From assembly GCA_964035545.1 (NCBI GenBank), contig OZ037765.1, positions 24,737,504-24,801,503 on the forward strand: DNA of 64,000 nt, read 5' to 3'. The notes beneath the pieces are model-generated. The model was not told where the DNA came from and ran no database searches. It saw only the letters and a list, made by a program, of their open reading frames with translations. The stretch's first letter is position 1. The number at the start of each line of letters is the position of its first letter. Made by a program: the position numbers and the translations under genes. Positions 50,224 to 63,562 of the stretch are shown here, piece by piece. The DNA comes from Bugula neritina. Its lineage: Eukaryota; Animalia; Bryozoa.

Positions 50224-51931
50224 ACTGTTATCAATATCAATATGAATATAAATGATACTGGAATATTAATATACTCAATCTCATAGTCATACTGACACTC
50301 ATAGTGAATCATGAATGTGATACTGATAGTCATACTCAAACTGAAACTGAGTCCTACTCCTAGTTAGTGGTCATACTCATACTGATACTCATACAGTCAT
50401 AGTCTTAGTGATAGTGATAATCATAATGATACTGATAGTGATACTGTATAGTGCTCAGCCTTATGTTTACAATTATTGTCAAATTTCAATTAGGATAAGT
50501 ATCATATATAGTTTTAATATTGACTAGAGACTCAATGGCTTGCTGTGAATCTAACTTGGTTCTGAATGTTAGTGTTCAGGAAGTGTTGATTCCACCATTC
50601 ATTCAAACATAATTCGAACGAGTTTTGGCTTTTGCGGCGCACGTGTTGTCACTGTTGAGAATTTATACTGTTGTGTTTAGTTTATAGTGAGACAATTCCA
50701 AAGTCATTCATTATAAGCTACAATACGCCTGTATAGTATTGCAAATGTTTTAGCATGATTTTCAAATATATTATTTAGGGTCAAATATGGTAATGGTATA
50801 TATTTTTCATAACTATACGACTTATACCAACCTGTTAAGTGAACATTTGATAGATTAATTGTATTAATATACATGCAAGTATATGTGCTAATTTTATTGA
50901 GACTTGGCAAGAATTTTTGTTTGTAATTATATAAGGGTTCTATTTATACAACACATTCAAGTCAGTAAGAACCTCATATATTTCTGACTGCAAACAATAT
51001 ACTATCAACTGGGAATTAAGCTGCAGATCACTAACACCGTCTGCTAATTGACTATTACACACTTTAAACTAGGTTATGAATAATTGCTATCTAAAATAAA
51101 CAAAATGTTGTCACATATATCATGTATGAAAACTTTTTCACTCAGGCCAAATTTTTCTAAAACTAAATCTCTAAAGTGCTAGACTTGCTTTATTTACATA
51201 TGTCATATATCAAATAAATCTACATTTGACACTGATATCAAGATACAACTAAAACTTAGCCCAAGTTCACACACCTGGATGCTAGCTAGAGCAATTCTGT
51301 CTCAACGTGATTTCAAACACAGCTTGCGTCCAAGCTCTAATCATACTTTTGCATGTGCTCAGCAAAATATTAGGTTACTAGTAATAAACGATAAGATAAG
51401 TCTCAGAGCTTCAATTTTGGTTGTTATTAGAATACTACTAAATTTGCTGGTGATGGCCACACAAGTAGAATCTGTCCCAGAGTTGAAAGAAAAGTTTAAT
51501 GGCTACAGAATTTTCGAGTTGCCACTTGTTTGGTTTAATGCTTATAAGTCATACTAAGTAACTGTATATTACTGTAAAGATTGTTGATACCAGCAACAGA
51601 CATTACTGCTGGCATATAATATGCTATTGGTAACAAAAAAATTTGCAGTTTAGACAATTTATTGGTGTATAGTAAAATGACGAAATCATAAAACTGCACA
51701 ACGCAAAAGAGAAGTTTTATCCATAAAATTATACATATTATAAATATTATTTGCATATTCTCATAGTTGGCTGATGAAAAAGTTGTATGTACAAAATCAT
51801 AAAAGGTTTTGTATTAATATAATACAAGAAGGTGAACAACTATTTACATGGAAAAGTTTAGCATTACATTGTATTTGTTTCACATTGAAACTAGTCATTC
51901 CAAATTTGACGTCTAGAGCACGTGGCTTTGC

Positions 51932-54892
51932 CTAAACCTGCAAAACATAAATACTCGTTAGTTTTTACATCTTACAAGAAACAATATTGAATTGTTAGCA
52001 GCAAAAGAACTGCAGATTTATCCAAATGATGTCCATGAACAGACCTGTTGGTAGCTTAAGATTTGTGATCAGCCCATCAATTCAAGACTGTTGGACAAAC
52101 TGAACTTGCTGCGCCTACAATTAAAAATGTCCCTAAATTGCTCAGCATGGTGGAAGCACAGCATTGGAACTATTATAATAGAACATCGATATATACAACA
52201 TATGATGCAGAGCTGTGTACAGCAGATGTGTATAGCAGATGTGTATAGCAGATGTGTATAGCAGATGTGTACAGCAGATGTGTATAGCAGATGTGTATAG
52301 CAGATGTGTATAGCAGATGTGTATAGCAGATGTGTATAGCAGATGTGTATAGCAGATGTGTATAGCAGATGTGTATAGCAGATGTGTATAGCAGATGTGT
52401 ATAGCATAACTACCTGAGTACCAGCTGCTGCCGTTGCATAAACCTGCTGCTGACCTTCACCAGGTGCTGTCTGTACTACTATTTGCTGTCCAGATCCAAG
52501 CTGGGCTTGAATAGCCTGCAGTTGACTTTGAGTAAGCTGTATCTGACAGAAAGAGAGAGAGAATAACTCCAGATGTTTAGAAACTATACAGTATTTTAAA
52601 GTTTTGTGGTAAATGTTATGTGGTTTCATTTATATAAATGGCATATACTATTTCTATGCCTTTTAATAATGTCAAAAGATATAAACAGAAACTAAATGAC
52701 TTAATTGAAAGATTTCAGTATCCACATATGATATAGTATTACAGGACTAATATAAGTTATGATGATAGCTCAGATGGCTAATGGCTAAAGGAACTTACTT
52801 GCTGGACAGGCTGGGCTGCCTGCTGTGTAGGGGCTTGAACTTGTAGAATCTGTGCACCGGCTGGTATGCCTTGGTTCTACATCATAGAGAGGGAAAGTAA
52901 TACAATGTAAGTGGAAAACTTCTGCTATATCATTTACACGGCTACCATAGAAAAACAGCTGCCATGGTATATATGCTAGCACAATGAGGAAGCGGTGTAA
53001 AGTAACTAGTAGAGTAAACACTACAATAACTCACCAGCTGGATAGACTGGTTACCAGCAACTGCTGGCACACCAGATAAAGCTCCTTGTGTCTGTACGGT
53101 ATAATATTGAACAGCCTCTCCACCATCCTGTGAGAAATTGAGTCATAAATATAATATACTAGCAAGACACACATCGGACACTAACATAGCTGAGCAATGA
53201 ACAGCAACTTTAGCCAACAGCAACAACGACCTACCAAGTAAGGAAATGTAACTTGGTAAATACAACATATCACTACAGATTATGATAACTTTTACTGCAG
53301 AAACCAAAATGTATAAATAAAATTTTTCCGAAATTTTTTTCAATAATAAACGGTTCAATACTCATTTTTGTGAATACAGAAATTATTTTCATTTTTTTAA
53401 ATAACAAAACGAAGTTTGATAGAAATAGTTTCTTCAAGTTCCAACTTCAATTCTAACATAGAGCAAAATCATTACGTATATTATCAAAAGCCATATGTAT
53501 TTGCACATTTAACAATAAAACCATTCCTAGCTTCCTATTAAGTGCCACTTACTACGTACTGGCATTAGAGAATAAATTTAAAGCATTAAGATATGCAAAA
53601 ATTTCAAATTAACAAACCTAACTGATGAAAATACAGAAATCACAAGCCTAAACTGAATAAAATGACGATATTTTATTAAAATTGTATGCATCGATAAAAT
53701 CACAAAAAATGTCTTGTATTTAAAATGTAACTATGGATTAGTACTAAAGACGTACAAAGTTTGAGGCAATTAGTAAAGTGCGTCGATAAAAATTGAATTG
53801 AATTGTTTTAGTAATGCATATATACATGAAATTTGACTTGATGAAAAATATGTATTAAATTCAAACATAGTATTACATAAATAATATCATAAATAAAGTT
53901 TACCCGTTTTGAAGGTTTAGTTTCAATATCTCGGGGAACTATATCAATTAGGAAATCAAATTGGTCAAACTTGGTTATTGCCAGCGATATGTCATTTCTC
54001 TGAAAAACAAAATTAAGAAATAGTATTCATTTATAATGTAACTAAAACATTGTCTAAATAGTCAAGAAAACTATTATGAGTAATAAAATAAAAATAAAAA
54101 ATGCTGCATTTGCTGACAACTAACCTGTAAGGTACGACGCTTACTGTCTTCAGTTTGAACCCAAGATCTTAAAGCTAGCTCACTAATAAATATTTCTGCT
54201 GCTTTTGCAAACAGTAGTGGTGCCTCTTGGCTTATCATCTTTACATCTTCATCTAACTTCATTATTTTCTTAATACGTGCTAGAGGTAGTTCTTGAGTTT
54301 TAAAGTCATTCTGAAATGATAGACAATATGCTAGAATAAACAACTTATACATTAATTGTTAAATAATACCAATGAGTTATATAAATTATATTTTAATGTA
54401 ATGATTGATGGCAGATGATAATTAGTAATTTTGTAAAGATTAAAATTTTCTATTTAGGTTCTGATGCTTAAAAAATTGTGACAAATAGTATGCTAAACTA
54501 AAACCAATTTAAATAGTGTAAACAAAATTAGCTAGTTAGCTGCTATTCAAGGTAATAAACAATGCATATGGCTAGCATTAATTAAACCTTACATTATCTA
54601 AATGGAAAAATTAATCCCATATCAAATTCAAAATCGTAAAAAGATGTTGTAAATGATCAAATGCTAGTAAAAAGCAAAAACCTGTCAAATCAATAGTATA
54701 TTATAAATAAATTAAGCGTGGAAAGATTTTAATTGATACAAAATTGATGCATGTGTATTTGAATTTTAAAGCTAAACTTACCTCTTTAGTTGCTTTAATG
54801 TCTGCCATTGTTTTGGGCCAAAAATCATTGAGCAGCTGGTGAGACTCAGATGGTCCTTGAACTTCTGAATATATAGCTTCTGTATCAGCCAT
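51932..54892 (-). CDS. NFYC: Nuclear transcription factor Y subunit gamma (histone fold + Gln-rich tail)
   Basis: [11 protein letters not shown]...[14 protein letters not shown]|[62 protein letters not shown]|[24 protein letters not shown]; Q-rich exons; last coding exon GTT TAG at 51937-51932. Confidence 0.96.
52214..52406. repeat. 13-bp minisatellite (agcagatgtgtat), about 15 copies, in the last NF-YC intron
   Basis: Nearly perfect tandem units beginning about 7 nt inside the donor at 52413. Confidence 0.95.
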
Positions 54893-55139
54893 TTCTAAAT
54901 AAGGCAATCCAAAGCAATTTGTTATAGTCAAACTATTCAGTTATAGCCTTATTAGTTATTATATTATAATACTGCTTGAAACATCACTTCAGGCACAACA
55001 TGAACAAGGCGTTATAGTAATACTTTATTATTTGGTAATTATTACTATACAAGTATTGTATTGTATTCATCCCATTATTATTATAATTGGTTGATTAAAG
55101 CTTTAAATAATATTTGGTAAATGAATATTGAACTATTGC

Positions 55140-57290
55140 ATACTAATACTAATAGTAATAGTAATAGTAATATTAATTTATAATTAGATTTAGTCCAAAG
55201 CTATATAATCATAATCAATGTGTATGAGATATTCTAATTTACTGTATAAGTATAAGTATAACTTATATTACTATTAGTTGTTACTATTACTATTAGTATT
55301 AGTATTACTATTAGTATTACTAATAGTAATAATATAACTTCTACTATTAGTATTAGTATAACTATAACTATAAGTATTAGATTTACTTTTAGTTTTAGTG
55401 AATTACTAAATAGTAAATACTAAGACTAAGAGTAAGTCTAATACTCATACTGTATTACTATTACTATTAGTATTACTATTACTATTACTATTAGTATTAG
55501 ACTAACTCTAAGACTTGGTTAAACTTGAAATTAACGCTTAGTTTTATGTTAGTGTTAATGTTATACTTATACCAAGTTACAGACACTTTACTTTTAGTTT
55601 TACATTCATAACTAATCATAAAGATAATCATAATGATAAAATTAAATTCAAATTGTAATTACTAATTTAGTATTACCATTAAATGATTAATTGATTAAAA
55701 CGTTAAACATTCTGAAACGGCAACACCGAACACAATAAAACTATTACAAGCAACGAGACTAATAGCTTACTTATTGTACTATATAAGGTAGTTCTCCTCT
55801 TAAAAAGTAGAATAATTTAAATTAAAACTAAAACTATTACTAGCACTATCAGTAGTAGGAGCGAGTCTAGAATTATCAGCGCTAGTTATTGATATTCGAA
55901 GTGCGGGATCTCTAATGAAGCGCGCAGGACCGGACAGCAAGGATTTTTCGAGCCACGTTCCCGACGGACTAGACCACCGATACGCTTGTTATCACTTGGT
56001 ACTTGCTAGCTTGGGCTATCCTATGAGTGGACTATTTTATAATCATTATGATGAAATTTAATGATGATCATCATGATCATGGCGATAATAATTGAATTTA
56101 CCTAATTTTTAATTCACTACCAGTCTCATAGTCGGTGTTACAAATACATTTAAAATCACTATGACTATGTGAATGTCTTAGTCTAAGACTATGAGTACGA
56201 CAGTGACAGTATGAGTATGACTATGCGTATCACCATGACCATGATTCCATGAGTATGACACACTCACACAGACTGACACAAGAGTATGACTATGAGTATC
56301 AGTATGAGTATTAGTCCACTATGAGTAATAGTCTGACTATCAGTGTCAGTATGAGTATGACTTGGAAGTTAGTCTTATAAGTTATAATAAATTAAAATAT
56401 AATAATAATTATTTAATTTTATATATTGACAATGTGAATGTGAATCAGAATGTGTCAATGTCATTCACAATGTAAACTAAATTTAAATGTGAATGATCAT
56501 CACTATGATTATGAATAATAATATTATTATCATTATTAATATTAAGACATTATGATGAATGATAATTGAAATATATTCTAATTGTAACACTAACAGTAAT
56601 ACTCTAATAGTTATACTAATAGTAATAGTAATAACTAATATATTAATACTAATAGTAATAGTAATACTAATAGTAATTCAATTTCATATACTAATACTTA
56701 TAACTTGTAAGTTATAGTTATAGTCATACTCATAGTGATAAGGGTATTCTTCTAGTTATATTTATTGATATTTACCATTACTATTAGTATTTAGTTTACA
56801 TTGTGATTAATAGTGAAACTGAAGATCAAGATGGTAATCACAATCACGATGATACTCATACTCATAATGTGAATCAAAATGACGATCACAATGACGTTAA
56901 TGACTATTTTAAGTCTAAGGTCTGTGACTGCCATGAGCAATGAGGCAAAGAGTTTCTGTGACACTGAGTCTGACTGTATGAAACTGAATGTCACAATTTG
57001 AAAATCAATGTGAGGGTCAACACTCAGTCAATAGCCATGCAGTACGAGTATACTTATAGCCTTAGTGACAGCTCATGGGCAATCACTATGATGTCAGCCT
57101 AATGATTTTTTACTAATGCCCAATTCAGTAATCGCGGTGACTACCACCATGAGTATCACAATAGTAATGATGGTTGATATCATTGAGTATCTGTGTTGCT
57201 GCTACTGTGTGTAGTGTTAGTAATAGTATTGTGTTTATTTCTTATTGTTTTTACAAACAGCTTATTATTATGATCGTAATCATAATGTTG
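55140..57290. repeat. Two degenerate hexamer-periodic tracts flanking the NF-YC/CCZ1 promoter core (55140-55860 and 56040-57290)
   Basis: tattactattagtattag..., actatgagtatgactatgagtatcagtatgag..., aatagtaatactaatagt... Confidence 0.8.
55860..56030. promoter_or_regulatory. CpG-rich bidirectional promoter core between NF-YC (-) and the CCZ1-ward transcript (+)
   Basis: About 170 bp with many CpGs, bracketed on both sides by low-complexity tracts, between divergent genes. Confidence 0.5.
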
Positions 57291-58606
57291 TATAATGTCA
57301 ATAAAAATATGAATCTCCATTTCACTTTGAAGCTCATCTCTTGAACATAAAAGGTGGATCATCCTAGGTCACGCTCACATTAACTTGTATTTGTAACTGG
57401 AAAATGCCTTTGGCTCAGCTAATTTTTATTATTAGTTGAGACAAAGCATATTATCATATCTATAGCTGTATGTTTTTTTTTGTAGCTCCTGGTAGGTGTT
57501 TCTTGTGCAAGTTTGCTTATGCTAAAATGAAATTTTCTCACCAATAGATAGAATCAGTATGATTTTTTACAGTGACTGTATTTCAAGTTAATTTGAGCTC
57601 TGTAGCCTACTTTACATGTTCTTTATAAATCTTATGCATTTACCTGTGATAACCAAATTTTTTTTACTAGTTCGATTCCTTCAATTTTCTTTGAATTTTG
57701 GTTTAGGCTGCGGTTTGAAAATCTTCTGATAACAACTATTTTACAATATTTCTTATCGAGAACATGCGCTTTTTGAAATTTATTTATTACCGCATCTACC
57801 TCATCTTATGGTAAGATTCTGCCCAATTTTGATGGCATCACATGCCTTATTTTCCAGAGGGTCTCAGAGTATATCTCTATACTTGAACACTAATCTACAC
57901 AGCCAAAACTTTACCCTTCTTAGATGACCCATTCTTTGAGGATTTGATACATTCGGGTTCCTACATTGATTAATATTGCAGTAGTAATATACTTGGGTTT
58001 GATTTGAATTCTAAAATGTCTGGTTCCTTGCATATTCTGTATAATCATAAGTTTCCCAGTTAGTCTGATCGGACAGCAAGGAATTTGGTGTGCCAAAAGC
58101 ATTGACCTAACATTTGTCTGTATAGAAAAGCTTTTTTTATTTTGTTTACTAGTCTTGCAACGCATTGATGTTTGCCTGGAAGATCTCCTCATTTATTAAA
58201 TTCGTCTCTAGTGTGATTATTGTATAATAAGAGTAGAGGCTTATGCCGCAAGCGCATGTGTTTTGGAACATCGTTGTTCTATACATGTACTAAAATAGCG
58301 TTGGTGCTAGTATTAGTGTGCGCTCTTGTGGAATGCCATAATATGGCAGTTCAGGGGCATCGTGTTTTTTACAACAGCTCCCGGGCGTCTGTCTGTCAAA
58401 AAGTTGTACCCTGTGGAAAATACTGGGATTTAATCTAGCAGTGTTTTCAGTTTATGCACTTCTGTATGTTTGACTTTGTTTGTGTTTAAGACTTGTTTTA
58501 ATATTACAATAGTTTTGTGTTTTATAGGCTGTGCCTTCTCCAATGTGAGTGCCATGAAGAGCAGGGTTGTTATTTTTTAAACAAGTACTGTAATTCGGAT
58601 GCAGGG

Positions 58607-61600
58607 ATGGCGACCCTTGGAAGCTTTTACGTTTTCAATGACACATATGGACCTAAAGAAGGAGAAGTAAGTATACAAGCTATATATGTATAACTTTGTG
58701 CATGCGTAACATTTTTTATGCAACGCAAGATATGAAATATTTTTGACATGTAAATTTACAAAACTCATTTTATTGCCATAAACTGCAGCAGGTTTAAATT
58801 TGCTGCTTTCCATCAACTCAAATTCATGTTTATATTACACTAGAATAGACAAATTGCAAATTTATGCCAAGCAATTCTTGTAGGAAATTAAGAAAGTACT
58901 CTATTACTATCCACCTACAGCTGATGAAAACAAAAAGTGCAAAGATGTGGGCCTGGTGGAAGCTATGATCAAGTTTGTAGAGTATGTATTAAATTGGTTT
59001 AATATTAATAATATTCACTGTTGCTGACAACACTTTGCCCTGAAACCTTTTGTCTTTGAAGTTAAATTCTTGCCACTTGAAAAAATCTTTTTTGATAATT
59101 AGTGTTTGGAAAAAAAAGTTCCGTGAGTTTATTTTATTTCCTGTTTTGTTCAACCTCGGCACTCTTGCACTTTTAAATAGCTGCAAACTCACTAATTGCA
59201 ACCAACATAATGCTTTAAACTTCTGTGGTGTATGGAGACATAGATAATGCAAAAGTATAATTGACAATATTTATTCTTATCAATTTTTGAAGCCACATTA
59301 CTCTATCATCTGTCATGAAATTAATATCAGCTGCTCATACCTCTGAGCTAGTTGGATTCAATAGATCTCAAACTTTCTGTTTATATAAAAAGCTGTGAAG
59401 TTGTAGAAGACCTTTTATACTTATGTTCTATTATAGAGTTTTATATTTGAAAGTAAATGTTGACTACCCACAAGGTATCATGTGTCTTACATCTTTATAT
59501 GTGTACTCTCTACATATAAAGAAAACTTGTAGCGTAAATGAATGCCTTGATATATAACAATGCTGCCACTGAAATGTAGTAGGCTTAATTTATCCAAAAA
59601 AAGTTACAGTTGTCTTTGTATTGATCTTATACATGTTCATCTCGAAACAATTTACATACACCAACGCTTTTTATGCTAATTATTGATGTAGACCAAAGTA
59701 AACATAGTATAAGTAGCTAGTTGAATTATATAATTATAATTTTAGAACATTTACCAACAGTCCATGTCAAGCTGTCTACACCCAGAAACAAAGGCACTTA
59801 TATTATCAGCCAGAGAAAAACTTTTGGATGGTTCTGGTAAGCTAGAGGTTTCAGTGTAAGTTTACAGTGTCTTATTAGTATTGATGTGATTTTTGTGCTC
59901 AGTGAAGACTTTTCTTTTTTTTCCTAGTGTGTTAACATACCTTGCACCACAAAGCAGAGAGATGATCAAACTATCTCGGAGTATCACGATGAAGCTGTAC
60001 ACGATAATGTGTTTGGTACAGTTCTTAGACAGGCTTACAATATGTTTAAGGTATTTGTTTATTTATTGGAAGAAACAATTTTGAAAATGTTGAGTGAAAT
60101 AAAAATTTTATTTATTACCAAGAGTTGAGGTTATAATTTGTTGTGAGAAATTAAATCTTACAGGTGTTTGAATTATAGTAAATTTTTCTGCGTGTGATTT
60201 AGTAGATAGAGGTAGTTATATAGCATGACATGTGTTGTGCTAGACTACTGGTTTGATTTCTACAAGGGTTATTAGTGATGTTAGGGGGGGGGGTAATTTG
60301 GTAAAAAAGGTATCTGAGCAACTTTTTAGCTCCTGAGCTGCGTTTCCAGCATCTTTTGAGGTGAGAAAATTTATGACCTTAAAAATGTTTTAACATCAAG
60401 CTCTAACAGGAATGTGACTAAATAACTCCTCTGCCTGTTCTATATATCATTTTCGTATTGTTATTGGCATAATTGAGTTTTCTCTCTTTACCTGAAGTTT
60501 ATCTCATTGTAGTTGTTCATGGGCACATTCAAAGACATTATAAGCAGAGCCCAAGGGGATGTGCAAAGTCTCAAGCTGAGGCTGGAACACTTCTACAGTC
60601 GTGTAAGTTTATAGAGTATTCAGTCTGTCACTATACTCTCTGGAAACTATAAATTTATTATCTATCATCTTTTTTTTAGTTAGTTTGCTAAAATACATTA
60701 TAAAAGTAATTTATACTCTATACCTGTGATACTGTGTCGATTACTTTTCTTTTCTTTTCTTCTCTACACAGTACTTAAGTACCCTGAAGCTGTCTCAGTG
60801 TGATATCCTAGACGTGTATAATGGTATATCATGGCTACCACTGGACAAAGGAATGTATCTTAGAATACAATGCCTTATGAATAGATTGGAGAGTAAATAC
60901 TCACAGATAGCTTACACTGCTTTTCTCTGTAGCGACTACTTAGTGTGGTGAGAGTTATCTTCTATTGTCAGTTGTATTTTTTCATAAAGTACAGTTCTTA
61001 GGTTTTCAAATACATCACACTTTTTATTATATTTTGTGTGTGTTTATCAACGAAATGAAACTTTTTTAACCAAAAGCACACGCAAAACACTGTTTTATCC
61101 AGTTATAGCTCTTTTTTACTTGTTTTTAGCAGATAAGTCAATTTCATCAATCTAAATGTCTTTTTTGAACTTGTCTTTATATTTAGACATTAGGTTAATG
61201 TAACATCTGTGAAATGCTGTGTGTTTATATTGCAGGACAGGAGTACCGCAGCAGGATATGCAAGTTATCTACCAATATCTAATCAGCAGTTTATTTCCTT
61301 CCCACCATGAGCAAGAGATGGCCTCCCAGGATGGCAGTAGACAGAGTTTTAGTGGCAATAATTATGGACAGTAAGTTTGATGTGAAATATTTACACATGT
61401 ATATATAATATTTATATTGTATTGAGTTAAACAGAGAATATATAGTAATATATGGTCAGCAAATTCATATGCTGTTATTGTGTTTGTTACTTTTGGCAAT
61501 AAGCACATTATTGGGTTGAGTTTTATGTATTTATTTCAAAACGAATTAAGCTAGAAATTTTATTAACCAACAACATAATATTCTAAATTGTTGATGAAAA

Positions 61601-63562
61601 AAACTCACACAAGTTTATAGTCACTATCCCTGTGAGAAACCCTTAAAGGGAAAGGTTTTTGTTAAAGCGGACTAAGGACTTGTTTTAAATGAAGCACAGG
61701 AGCAATTATGACTGGATGCTCTTCCTAACATCACCAATGGCCTTTGTCCAGGCTCGAACCCATGACCTCGCGTTTACTAGGCAAACGCTCTAACCCCTAG
61801 AATTGTTGATAGTGATATGAATAAAATATATTAATAGTTGGATATGTAAACTTTACTCCAACTGTGGGGTTGTATTAGCATTAATTTTTTACAATAGTGC
61901 AGCAGTTTTAGCATAATATTTACTTCAATGGTAATGATCACATAGATATATTTCCTAGGCTATTTTGTTGTATAACAGATTTATTACTGGCGTACCGCTG
62001 AGGCCGCAGGATTCTAAGCCCGCTCGGATTCCCCGAGTTTATATCAATGTCGATGGGGTTCTCAAAGATTTCCAATTGATAGTTTACAGAGCTCTTAGTG
62101 TGACAGTCTGTGCTCTAATAGATGGTAAGTGCTAATTATTCGGAAAATATGAAGCTCTGTCATAATTGGCTCAACATTTATAAAATATCTCTGAATACTG
62201 CTGTGTTGTGATTTGAATTTTTTTAACTGAATTTTAAGAAAATCATCTCAGCATTATGTTTGTTTTCTCAAAATTATAACAAAGCTTGAAAACCATTGAG
62301 TTTAGACTTGAATATTCTTTTGTCTAGAGGTACAAATAAAAATATTGTATTCAGTAAAACAGAGCTTTGCCTTAACTTGTAACATATGACAGGTTGTGCT
62401 TCAACTAACTTTGAAGTGGAAAAATATAGATAAAATTGTTATGAAATAGTAGAAAAGTGTTTATTTTTATCACAAGCAACTTATCAACTTAGGATTCTTT
62501 CCTAAACTTGTATTTACTATTTGGATATCAGTTTTATGTAATTTATGTTCATTTGTAGGATCATACACAATTACACCAGCCTTTTCCAAAAAATTCGATG
62601 CGGAGTTAGGTCCAACTTTGACTGAATTAGCATCAGAAATAGTGCAGAAATACCCTTCAAAGCCTTCGAGGTTAGTTTTTTCAAGTGCTGTGCAGTTTAT
62701 CTATAAATGCATGTTATAAGAATACTAAAATACATTCTTTACGTAAATGCCTGGTTAGTTTTAGAGCTTGAATTAAGCCGAGTTGTATTGAGGGAAACTA
62801 TTGGTAGAGCTCTAAGGAAATTATTAAGCTATTCTTTGGCTTTATTCTACCATTGTCTGTGTTGAAGTCATGCTTGTTCTATGTCTATTGAAGCGGGACA
62901 GACCTTACCATAAAGTATATTTATTTCAATCACATGAATTTGGCCACTAAGACCACAGTCCATGTAGACACTAGGAAGACTCGACTAGTCAGTGTACCTG
63001 CTGATATACTCAGCACCGTGGCTGACATGAATGCTAGTCTAAAACGGTAGGCTTATTTGGCATATTATTATATATGTGTATGCGTGTGTATGTGTTTGCA
63101 TGCGTGTGTCCTGAAACATATTTAAAGAGCGCGTGTACCAATTTGTTTGTTAGTGTGTATTAAATACTTATTGACTTTTTTGCCTTTCTCTTTAGCTAAT
63201 TCTTGTTATTTTACAACATAAGATATAACTTGAAGAACCAAACATATTAGCATGTGAATGTTTTGCAAAATTCAGATTTTTGATTAATGTTTCTCAAGTG
63301 TGTTGAGTTGCCATTTAAATGGCAAAGGTCAAAGTTTACTGCTGATATACAACATCTATCCAACAGTGAATTAATCCATATATTATTTCACGAGTATTAA
63401 CTTTGATTTAAAAGCATAGTTTAATAAATTGCAGTGTTGAACATGATGCAGAGTGCCTGGTGCGCACAGCTGGAGAGTATTGGGTGGTATGCAAAAAGTC
63501 AGACACCAGGGAATTATATGTCGTCATATGTGATAAAAATGCTAATCTCACCCAGATTAATG
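58607..63562 (+). CDS. CCZ1: Vacuolar fusion protein CCZ1 (Mon1-Ccz1 Rab7 GEF subunit); last exon uncertain or outside the window
   Basis: MATLGSFYVFNDTYGPKEGE|EIKKVLYYYP...KDVGLVEAMIKFVE|TF...YTQKQRHLYYQPEKNFWMVL; VLRQAYNMFK|LFMGTF; LPLDKGMYLRIQCLMNRLE; IVYRALSVTVC; KYIYFNHMNLA; EYWVVCKKSDTRELYVVICDKNANLTQIN. A weak-acceptor candidate final exon (DELLIKCAMY*) lies at 63862-63893. Confidence 0.92.
61615..61800 (-). mobile_element. tRNA-derived SINE with Meta-domain-like core, in a CCZ1 intron
   Basis: Minus strand: tRNA-like head (ggttagagcgtttgcctagtaaacgcgaggtcatgGGTTCGAGCC) followed by ttggtgatgttaggaagagcatccagtc, resembling the conserved aggaagggcatccgg core of MetaSINEs. Confidence 0.6.

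Noticed and set aside
33486-57362. Ile/Thr/Asn/Tyr-rich ORFs at 33486, 41617, 42474, 56791 and 57180
   Set aside because: Translations of low-complexity tracts or microsatellites with no splice or homology support.
57924-58198. Plus-strand frame interrupted only by two TGA codons (possible second selenoprotein)
   Set aside because: No redox motif context or recognisable homology, and no SECIS seen downstream.
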